The notes under the pieces: generated by a model | Seen by the model: only the letters and a program-made list of their open reading frames with translations | Database searches by the model: none | Told to the model about the DNA's origin: nothing | Translations under genes and position numbers: made by a program | Source: an uncultured virus (IMG/VR IMGVR_UViG_3300037808_001064) | Taxonomy: Duplodnaviria; Heunggongvirae; Uroviricota; Caudoviricetes | Length of the DNA: 64,000 nucleotides | Reading direction: 5' to 3' (one strand) | IMG/VR virus record: IMGVR_UViG_3300037808_001064 | Shown here: one piece after another, positions 30,312 through 37,532 of the stretch | How positions within the stretch are numbered: the stretch's first letter is position 1 | How the letters are laid out: each line of letters opens with the position of its first letter

Positions 30312-31815
30312 CGATTGCCGTTTCACGATCCTCCTCCTCGACCAGCTTCAAATATGACTGATAGTCATCCCAGTGACGGGACATGTGGATCATGAACAGA
30401 TAGCGGTAGGTGGGATTGACGAGCTTCTTTTTTGCCCTTGCTTCTCGACACCGGTCCCTGAACCCTTCTTGCCCTTTGCGAGTGTATAGGGAGTTTGGAT
30501 GTTCCAGGAGGTCCGAGTTCCTTTTCATGGCTAAGAGGGGATCCCACCCGGACTTTGACATTGGAAGCCGATGTTCACGGTGTGCGCAGATGGCTTCCAT
30601 CCTCTCAAAAACCTTCACGCGTGACGGCTCCACCTTCATGTGCTCGTTGACCAACCGGCAATCCTCCAGATAATCAAGGTCCGGAACGATGTGCCGCTCA
30701 GGCTCGCCCTTCTCGTTGTTCAGTATTTTAGAGTGAATCCACTTTGGCAAATGGCGGTCAGCTTTGGGAACCAGCCCGGAATCCCACATCCACGCCAGAG
30801 TGTCGCGGACTCGACGGCGATTCTCTTCGGACTCGATCTGAGCCATCAGGACCATGATCTGCATGGAAAGACGGAATGACATGTCACCGGACTTCATCCC
30901 ACCTTCAGCCAGATGAACAATGATCCCACTATCGTGCAGGTAGTCAACGACTTCAATCATGTCTTTCACGGACCTGAACGCTCTTGCCGGCCGCAGGAAG
31001 ACAATGTGGTCGCCCCTCTTCAGCTTCTTCAGGAGCTGAGACGCTTCCGGCCTCTTGCTGAACTGGACCTTCAGTGCTGAGACTCCTTCGTCCCGAATCA
31101 TTCCACCCGGTGACGCCATGTCGGAGTACAGCCTTTCCATGTACCGATAAACAGGGCCCAGCTGCGACTCAACACTCTGCCGATCGGTTGATACCCGAAC
31201 GTACCCATAAACCTTCCCGGCCGGCAGTGGCTCTTCTTCTTTCTTCTCCGGACGAACCATGGAAGAGATGACTCGATTTGATGCGGTACTGGCCAGGGTG
31301 TTATTCAGCTTGGGTGCCCTCTTCCCGTCCGTGTCGTCCATCAGGCCGTCTTCTCTGGCAACCTGATACTCTCGCATCCGCTCACCGACGATCTCGGACT
31401 TCCACTGAGCGTAGGCAGCCATCACATGTGCCGTGAGCTTCCCGTTGGCAGTCGTGAGATCCAAAGAAGGATGCGACACAAACTTCAGGCTGATGCCGGC
31501 ACCGGTCCAGAACTCAATGTACTGCGCACACTGCCAGAGGTTTCTCCACCCGCGGTCGATCGCGTACATGATGACCGTGTCTCCGGGATTAACATGACGA
31601 ATCAGCTCCCGGCCACCAGCTCGCTGCTCAATGGGAATCTTGTAGGCCGACGCAGAGTCAACGAACACTCCGGGCTCATCGACGTTCGTTTCAGTGCCCA
31701 GATCCAGGCCTTCTCGTTTGACAAGATCCAGACAGAGTTCAGCTTGTGCTGACAGAGAACATCCATCAGACCTCTGCTTGCCGGTCGAAACTCGGCAGTA
31801 AATGTAAGTCGTCAT
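30268..31815 (-). CDS. Serine recombinase with two tandem resolvase catalytic domains
   Basis: YCRVSTGKQ...DRGWR and YVRVSTDRQ...RAFR, each followed by a long E-helix. Confidence 0.85.
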   Translation of the reverse strand: MTTYIYCRVSTGKQRSDGCSLSAQAELCLDLVKREGLDLGTETNVDEPGVFVDSASAYKIPIEQRAGGRELIRHVNPGDTVIMYAIDRGWRNLWQCAQYIEFWTGAGISLKFVSHPSLDLTTANGKLTAHVMAAYAQWKSEIVGERMREYQVAREDGLMDDTDGKRAPKLNNTLASTASNRVISSMVRPEKKEEEPLPAGKVYGYVRVSTDRQSVESQLGPVYRYMERLYSDMASPGGMIRDEGVSALKVQFSKRPEASQLLKKLKRGDHIVFLRPARAFRSVKDMIEVVDYLHDSGIIVHLAEGGMKSGDMSFRLSMQIMVLMAQIESEENRRRVRDTLAWMWDSGLVPKADRHLPKWIHSKILNNEKGEPERHIVPDLDYLEDCRLVNEHMKVEPSRVKVFERMEAICAHREHRLPMSKSGWDPLLAMKRNSDLLEHPNSLYTRKGQEGFRDRCREARAKKKLVNPTYRYLFMIHMSRHWDDYQSYLKLVEEEDRETAIVTAVRPVRPQLAKV

Positions 31816-31827
31816 CCCATCCCTTTT

Positions 31828-32151
31828 CTATATGTCACTCAGGTCAAAAAGATCCAACTGAACTGGGTCACTATCAGTTGGTGAGGCAAGCTCCCACACC
31901 ACCGCCTGACGACCACTGTTGGTTTCCGCTGTGAGACCGGAATCCCTAACAATCCCCAACTCCACCAACTCAACACGACGAGGCCGTTGTGTGCTGGGGT
32001 TCATTCCCAACATGAGGTGCATCGATTCATCAGTGGCCCCCCCAGTGTCACGGATCAACCGATACACCATGCCCCGCTGTGTGTCAGCCGATTCCAAGAC
32101 TGAAACGGCCGCGGCATAGCTAGTCTTGCTGTGGCTTTGGAACTTCATCAA
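31828..32151 (-). CDS. Winged HTH DNA-binding protein
   Basis: GATD...LGMNPSTQRPRRVELVELG...SGR.A.VW. Confidence 0.7.
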   Translation of the reverse strand: MMKFQSHSKTSYAAAVSVLESADTQRGMVYRLIRDTGGATDESMHLMLGMNPSTQRPRRVELVELGIVRDSGLTAETNSGRQAVVWELASPTDSDPVQLDLFDLSDI

Positions 32152-32486
32152 TTGCTCCTCATTATGTGTTCAACTCTCATTCGGTCATCCATGTTGTGGT
32201 CCGGGAGGACGTTGGGTGACTTGGTTATCGCCAGCACATTCTTCCCCTGACCACCACCGTGCTCAATCATCGTGTTCTTCATGTCCTCCTCTTCACACCT
32301 CACAAGCAAAACCCCAGCCACAGAGACTCCCCCGATCTCGCTCGGAGAGGGGAAGCCTTTAGTGGTGAGCCCCAGTTGCAGTCGACGATAAAACGAGTCT
32401 TCCACAACAACAACGTCCGCGACAATTCCGTACTCTTCGATGCAGGAAGCAAGGTATCTGACCAACCATATGACATCGCGTTTCAT
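32148..32486 (-). CDS. Hypothetical protein
   Basis: Coupled ORF. Confidence 0.5.
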   Translation of the reverse strand: MKRDVIWLVRYLASCIEEYGIVADVVVVEDSFYRRLQLGLTTKGFPSPSEIGGVSVAGVLLVRCEEEDMKNTMIEHGGGQGKNVLAITKSPNVLPDHNMDDRMRVEHIMRSN

Positions 32487-32734
32487 TAGATGGTACTCAG
32501 GTCGTCATCTTTATCAGGGTCATTGAACACCTTCTTCGTACAAACCCAGTGGCCCTTGGAGACCTCAGAGAATTCCGAGCCCTGTTCCCGCATCTGTTTC
32601 ATCATTCGCTGCACGGTCTTCGGTGATACGCGCAGCTCCTGTGAAGCATGAAGAACGCTCCCGCCAATGACGAGAAACTCCTCCAGCTTCCTGAAGCGAC
32701 GAATGGATTCAATTACAGTGGCCATGGCCAACAC
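32486..32734 (-). CDS. Small HTH protein
   Basis: ASQELRVSPKTVQRMM HTH motif. Confidence 0.65.
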   Translation of the reverse strand: MLAMATVIESIRRFRKLEEFLVIGGSVLHASQELRVSPKTVQRMMKQMREQGSEFSEVSKGHWVCTKKVFNDPDKDDDLSTI

Positions 32735-32742
32735 TTCCTTAT

Positions 32743-33141
32743 TTACAGAATAATATCTGTTGGTGGATTCACGATTTGAATGACGGCAATTGACGTGGTC
32801 TCCGCGTATAGAACTTGAACAACTTTGTCCGGTGTGGCAAGGTCAGCGAATGGAACAATCGTTCCGGCTGTTCGACCCATGTAGTAAGGAACACCCTTCG
32901 TAAGGATCGCCCCGAGATTCACCCTGTCTCCGTTTTGGAGGACAATGCACTTGCCCCCAGATGCTGCCGGCATTGCCGATATTGCGGCCGGAGTGTCCTT
33001 CGTTGTATCGTTAGCCTCAGCCAGAGAGTGATCCCCTTCGTTGTCGTAGAGAACCTCCATCGCGGTGATCGCTTCTGCGACTGCAACTGACCGCGGATTG
33101 GCCTCAACTGTAGTTACTGTTCCGATTGTGAGAGCTGCCAT
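32743..33141 (-). CDS. Putative virion decoration-like beta protein, 132 aa
   Basis: AGGA SD; LTKGVPYYMG.TAGTI motif. Confidence 0.5.
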   Translation of the reverse strand: MAALTIGTVTTVEANPRSVAVAEAITAMEVLYDNEGDHSLAEANDTTKDTPAAISAMPAASGGKCIVLQNGDRVNLGAILTKGVPYYMGRTAGTIVPFADLATPDKVVQVLYAETTSIAVIQIVNPPTDIIL

Positions 33142-33470
33142 GTTTCTATTCCTGAAATGATTAGTGTGGGGATCCGCTTCAGGATTGTAGCCATAGTGTG
33201 TAAGAACCCGCCAGTTCCGCTCCTTATCGACCAGATGTTCCGCGCTGACGGGGCCACGGCGGTCGTTGGTTCAAATTGGGTGATAGTTCACCTTGTCCTT
33301 CATCGGGACGCCGATCTGAGCCATGTTGCTCATGAATGCAGCTGAGAGCCTGTGCAGTTCCAATGGGCTGTCGGCCTTTATTATCTGCCCCATCAACAGC
33401 TCCTGAACAATCAAGTACTGATAGTTCAGCTTCACTTCGTCGCTACCCATTCCACACCTCATCTTTGTAC

Positions 33471-33613
33471 AAAAACGCCCCGGACGGTCATCTCTACAAG
33501 ATCACAAAAAGAGACGATCAGGCCACTGCTTGGGCAGGAGCAACTCAGCTTCAAGGTTACACGCCCATCAACTGAGTCGCTCCCGTAAGGAGGCAGCACC
33601 AACCGTCCGGGGC
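33471..33613 (-). ncRNA. Candidate structured RNA (multi-stem, possible pseudoknot) ending in a U-tract
   Basis: 12-bp closing helix 33477-33488/33602-33613; 14-bp inner helix 33537-33550/33570-33583 with G-U pairs only on minus. Confidence 0.55.
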
Positions 33614-33649
33614 TGGCGACGAACAAGCTCTCTATCTCAACATGTCTTC

Positions 33650-33808
33650 GACCGCCACGCCTAGCCTAGCGAGTGACTGCCATGACCAACCTAGCCCCGC
33701 CCCGCCTTAACGCACCCGGCCGTGCCTCGACCGCCCAGACCTGCCATGCCTGACCGATCCTTACCGCACCATGCCCACCGAGACCGCCATGCCGTGACCG
33801 ATTATCTG
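33650..33808 (-). repeat. Short (GGY-NN)n pentamer array, 3-4 units delimited by GGCRGTC
   Basis: Plus-strand GACYGCC at 33650, 33675, 33729, 33782 separated by NN-RCC pentamers. Confidence 0.85.
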
Positions 33809-34615
33809 CTATCCGGCAAGCGGCTTGCTAGAGTCAACCAACTTGTCGGCAAGCAACTGAGCCTTGCCGCGTTTCTTCACTTCAGCCTGAAACCATCCGA
33901 GCAGTTCCTCAGTGTCGGCATCAACACACTCAGGGTTCTTGATGGCTGCGTCCTGCTGTTTCATGCCACCACTGTCAATGATGCCCTGACACTCTTCTTT
34001 GGTCGACACCTCGAACTGGCCGAAGTTGCCCTTGCCTTTCTCTTGCCGGAAATCACCGACACCAACGATGATTCCGCCATTTGAAAGCAGCTGATAGATG
34101 GACTGCTCGCTCATCTGCGGCATCACATACTGGATTGTGACAGGGATGCACCATTCCAGAAGCATTGCCCTCGTTCGCACATCCGGCGTTCTCTTCATGT
34201 CAGCCGAACGAACGATCGACATGAATACCTTCGGCACGCCATACAAATCACAAGAGTAACCCTGCACCCAAACAAGACGCCCAATCTGCGTTTTGTTTGT
34301 CCCCTTCGTTTCGAGAGCTGCCGTCATCATCGCTCCCTTCACGGCCGGCGAAGGCATTGTTAATCGCGTGGGGCCCTTGTCAGGCCGACGATCCATCGAG
34401 TTCCGGTACTCGTTCATCGGATCGTGCTTTAACGTCTGCTGACGTTCTGCCGAACTCTTCGCCCCTTTCGGGAAAAGCAACTCGTGAACCCCTTTCGCCG
34501 CCATACGATTGCGAATCAAAGGAGTCCGACCTTTGAGCCAGACAGTAATACTGCCAACTCGCAACGGTTCAACTTCAATCGCTTCCAAAACACCCTTCGC
34601 TTTCGCTTTAGCCAT
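33809..34615 (-). CDS. Stand-alone Cas7/RAMP-like protein, 268 aa
   Basis: LKGRTPLI first strand, MPSPAVKGAM helix (compare IPGSSLKGAL), RTRA...EW, C-terminal G-rich loop GVGDFRQEKGKGNFGQF. Confidence 0.7.
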   Translation of the reverse strand: MAKAKAKGVLEAIEVEPLRVGSITVWLKGRTPLIRNRMAAKGVHELLFPKGAKSSAERQQTLKHDPMNEYRNSMDRRPDKGPTRLTMPSPAVKGAMMTAALETKGTNKTQIGRLVWVQGYSCDLYGVPKVFMSIVRSADMKRTPDVRTRAMLLEWCIPVTIQYVMPQMSEQSIYQLLSNGGIIVGVGDFRQEKGKGNFGQFEVSTKEECQGIIDSGGMKQQDAAIKNPECVDADTEELLGWFQAEVKKRGKAQLLADKLVDSSKPLAG

Positions 34616-34704
34616 TACAGCTTCTCCTAAAATTGTGGGACTAAGTCCCTACTACGTGAAGGAGACACGGGAAACATTCCCGCATCAAAAAACTTGCTTC
34701 CATT

Positions 34705-34890
34705 TTAGCTGCCTTGATCAACGAGAGTTAAGTTGAACAGATCAGCCAGTTGATCAATCCTCTCCGATGACATTCCCGTTGACGTAGTCATGAACCGATG
34801 CAACGTCGTCTTTGGTATCCCAGACTCAACTGCCACTGAATTTAACGTGTACTGCTTGACGTGTTTCTTCAGAGTGTCTGTGATTGTCAT
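34705..34890 (-). CDS. Cro/XRE-like HTH regulator, 61 aa
   Basis: TLNSVAVESGIPKTTLHRF...IDQLADLF; AGGAG SD. Confidence 0.75.
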   Translation of the reverse strand: MTITDTLKKHVKQYTLNSVAVESGIPKTTLHRFMTTSTGMSSERIDQLADLFNLTLVDQGS

Positions 34891-35096
34891 GAGACAACTC
34901 CTGTGCGATCCCCATGGAAGGGCAGTAGCCGGAACATTTTGTCGCGTTTCTCAAGCCCCTGAATTCGTCCCGCTTCCTGATCGAACGCCGACCAAAACAC
35001 TGCAGAAAAGTTCATTCGATCTCGGTACTCGTCGACATCTGAAACCCGACATTCAGGGACGTAGATGCCAATCTTCGGTACTGACTTTTTGCTCAT
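34887..35096 (-). CDS. Small protein, 69 aa, possibly ribbon-helix-helix
   Basis: KIGIYVPE strand followed by NFSAVF..A helix; AAGGGG SD at the array end. Confidence 0.5.
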   Translation of the reverse strand: MSKKSVPKIGIYVPECRVSDVDEYRDRMNFSAVFWSAFDQEAGRIQGLEKRDKMFRLLPFHGDRTGVVS

Positions 35097-35100
35097 TAAA

Positions 35101-35748
35101 ATCCCCTTCCATGCCCGACCATTCCATGCCTCGCCTGTCCCAGCCTATCCATGACCGCCTTGACCACACCGCAACATGACTCACCAGACCTTGACCGGAC
35201 GCACCAAACCTGGACCGCCAAGCCTGACCTCGACTCACCGTACCTAACCGTACCTGACCATAACTTCCATGACCGCCTTGACCGACCTAGCCTATCCGAA
35301 CATTGCCTTCCCGTACCTCAACCGCCATGCCCACCGAGACCGACCCTGCCACACCTGGCCAGACCAACCGAGACCGCCAGTCCTTACCTCGCCATACCTG
35401 ACCCGAACTCGCCCTGCCCACCGAGACCGCCGAACCTGACCGTGCCATAACCAGCCATTCCACACCACACCATGACCGCCTAGCCCGACCCCGCCTCACC
35501 GGACCGCGCCGCACCTCGCCTAACCGCTTCTCACCAGGACCGCCTTGACCGACCAAGCACTGCCTAACCCTGCATTTCCAGACCAAGCCGTGACCGCCTT
35601 GACCGACCTCACCACGCCTTACCTGGACGCACCGGACCTTGACCGCCTCACCTAGACCCGCCGCCCCGTGCCTGCCCAGGACACGCCGTGCCCCGACCGC
35701 CCAGCCCGACCAATCCTAGCCTGCCCGAACCTTGCCTTCCGCGACCAA
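35101..35748 (-). repeat. Main (GGY-NN)n pentamer array, about 12 units of 49-64 nt, each ending GGCGGTC; putative guide-RNA array
   Basis: Plus-strand GACCGCC at 35153, 35213, 35271, 35320 (AACCGCC), 35372, 35425, 35474, 35538, 35592, 35641, 35695, with 8-11 NN-RCC pentamers between. Confidence 0.9.
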
Positions 35749-36201
35749 TTATTCCAGCATCGACTCAAGTGACTCTTTCACCTGTTTCAGCTTCCGCACA
35801 ACATCACTGCCAACAATGCCGGCCTTCGACACCGCTATGCCATAAACCCGACACGCATTCCCGTGCAACATCTGAAGCTCCCGCTGCATCACTGCCGACG
35901 TTTTTGCAACCCCACGCATCTTCGGAAGCGACACAAACACTGGCTCGTCATCCGTCGAGGACACGTAACGCACAACGGAACTCGTCACTTCCTCGACAAT
36001 CACCTCGAACTTGCACTTGCGAATGATCGACCGAGCCTGATCTCGCCATCGCTCGGCCGCAGCTGCATGCACATCCCAGGTGAAATCGCCATGACATGGA
36101 TGTCGATCGTCCCTCGCCGCCTCAATCAAATCTTCAGGGTCGACTCTGCCGTCAGACTCCAGCGACCTCACGGCCGCCTCCTTCTCAGTCCATGTCGCCA
36201 T
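35749..36201 (-). CDS. Conserved-looking phage protein, 150 aa, first gene of the RAMP/array operon
   Basis: GGAGG SD with ATG 36201; PEDLIEAAR...HPCH..FTWD...AA...R.QAR.IIR; stop abuts the array. Confidence 0.7.
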   Translation of the reverse strand: MATWTEKEAAVRSLESDGRVDPEDLIEAARDDRHPCHGDFTWDVHAAAAERWRDQARSIIRKCKFEVIVEEVTSSVVRYVSSTDDEPVFVSLPKMRGVAKTSAVMQRELQMLHGNACRVYGIAVSKAGIVGSDVVRKLKQVKESLESMLE

Positions 36202-36330
36202 ATCAGCCTCCAAGTGAAAAATCATTCCTCTGCACCACAATAGACACTCAGGCAAAGTTTGTCCATGGTCATTTTCTGACTATACCAGAAATAAGTGAAC
36301 TCACCGCAACTCACCGCGTCCAAATGGAGC

Positions 36331-36405
36331 TGGGATGTAGCTCAGATTGGCCAGAGTGCTCGGCTTGGACCCGAGAAGTCGCAGGTTCGAATCCTGTCAT
36401 CCCGA
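36331..36405 (+). tRNA. tRNA-Pro(TGG), CCA not encoded
   Basis: Full cloverleaf: TGGGATG/CATCCCG acceptor, CTCGG-CTTGGAC-CCGAG anticodon arm, GCAGG-TTCGAAT-CCTGT T arm, A73. Confidence 0.92.
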
Positions 36406-36414
36406 TCGCGCACG

Positions 36415-36460
36415 AAAAAACCGCTGACTGGTGAGAAATCACTGGTCAGCGGTCTGAATT
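36415..36460. terminator. Probable bidirectional terminator between the tRNA and the convergent gene
   Basis: CCGCTGACTGGTGA-GAAA-TCACTGGTCAGCGG hairpin, preceded by A6. Confidence 0.7.
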
Positions 36461-36482
36461 TCTGAACTGAACTTCTGAGCTT

Positions 36483-36917
36483 TTACCAAACTCGGCAGCT
36501 GTAGCCTCCGAAGTGCGCGACAGCCAGTGGCTCACCGCTTGCCATGCAAGTCTTGCCGCCCGATCCGACGCCAACGAACCTAGCTCCAGCTGGCGTCCTG
36601 CGGAAATGGCCAACTCGGCCGGCCTGAGCCTGCAATCGGCACTCTTCCTCGGCCCATGCCTTCAGGTAGACCGAATGGTCTGTGGTTTTCAGGATGGTCT
36701 TGGTCTTTTCGATCGTTCTCACGGGAGGTCTGCAGACCCCGCCGGAACATGAGGACTGTTTCACCTGCGATACGCCCCGATTCACGCTTTTCAGCCGGTA
36801 ATGCCGCTGAGCCTTCCTTGGTTTGCACGATCGACAGCCCTTTCGGCCGGCATCGGCATCGCTTGAGAACAGGCCAATGGCCACAATCAACGCCAACAAA
36901 CTCCATACACTTCGCAT
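36483..36917 (-). CDS. Secreted basic Cys-containing protein, 144 aa
   Basis: Signal peptide (MRSVWSLLALIVAIGLFSSDADA); CSGGVC motif. Confidence 0.7.
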   Translation of the reverse strand: MRSVWSLLALIVAIGLFSSDADAGRKGCRSCKPRKAQRHYRLKSVNRGVSQVKQSSCSGGVCRPPVRTIEKTKTILKTTDHSVYLKAWAEEECRLQAQAGRVGHFRRTPAGARFVGVGSGGKTCMASGEPLAVAHFGGYSCRVW

Positions 36918-37139
36918 TTCACTTACTCCATTCAGTGAGGGGAAAATTAACAGCCGCGGATTTTGACAGATCGGTTTTTCTCGTCAAGTGGCGGCGTTTT
37001 TTCGTCGACTACTATATAGCGAAAAGTTTTCGTCGGATCCCGGCATCCAATTCCGACTCGGCTCAAACCTAAGGGTCACTACGTATTCTTTCATCGAATT
37101 CCTCCTCACAACTTCATCGCCCAATAAGCAGCCAACTGT

Positions 37140-37246
37140 TGGCACCAAGGGACAGGTGTCGAACCTGCATTGTTAGACCGAGATTAACCGATCATTCAGT
37201 GAGAGGAGACCCCACCGCCGCCTATCGGAATTTACCTACCCTTGGT
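37140..37246 (-). ncRNA. tRNA-like RNA, 107 nt: 8-bp acceptor stem, T arm, G discriminator and CCA, non-canonical core
   Basis: ACCAAGGG...GCAGG-TTCGACA-CCTGT-CCCTTGGT-G-CCA. Confidence 0.7.
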
Positions 37247-37490
37247 TCAGTGTTCTCAAAACATGCTCAACGAATTTCCTGTACGAACCCACATTCGAAA
37301 ACCACGGACGACAGCCCCACCTCAACGGCTTCCACTCACCGTCCGAATCTTTGAATGCACCACGGGGTTCCGTTCGCACCACCGCAGGCTTCCATTTGCC
37401 GTCCGAAAAGACCTCGCCGCTGGGAACGAACCGCTGCCACTTCGCTGGATCACGCTCGATCGCACGTCGTAATGTGTGAAGTTTTCCCAT
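37236..37490 (-). CDS. Hypothetical protein, 84 aa, with an internal DGxWKP repeat
   Basis: GGGGAGAC leader; SDGKWKP and SDGEWKP. Confidence 0.65.
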   Translation of the reverse strand: MGKLHTLRRAIERDPAKWQRFVPSGEVFSDGKWKPAVVRTEPRGAFKDSDGEWKPLRWGCRPWFSNVGSYRKFVEHVLRTLNQG

Positions 37491-37532
37491 CAGTCTCCCC
37501 AGCGTTCTGTGTGTTGCTCTTCTTCCGCTTCC

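Noticed and set aside
35332..35431. GGUCUCGGU at some array junctions, complementary to ACCGAGACC in early leaders
   Set aside because: Arises automatically from boundary GGTC plus NN=TC plus GGT; only 9 nt, so chance is sufficient
35053..35748. ORFs across the array (35151-35450 +, 35287-35586 -, 35053-35238 -)
   Set aside because: Low-complexity by-products of the repeat; 5-nt periodicity and 1-nt indels do not fit codon structure; no convincing SD
35101..35748. Canonical CRISPR array, TIGR array or simple microsatellite
   Set aside because: Constant boundary is only 7 nt with internal 5-nt periodicity; no 25-45-nt repeats, box C/D-like layout or Nop-domain gene; NN positions are too diverse for slippage
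33650..35748. Self-targets of the decoded NN strings within this window
   Set aside because: None found in limited by-eye checks; needs a pattern search. Protein-like readings of NNx strings are not evidence, since most strings can be read that way
37140..37246. Call as tRNA-Sec, tRNA-Glu(CTC) or tmRNA piece
   Set aside because: No UCA loop or Sec-type D stem; loop G32/C37 and missing D arm do not fit a decoding tRNA; no G3:U70 or tag ORF
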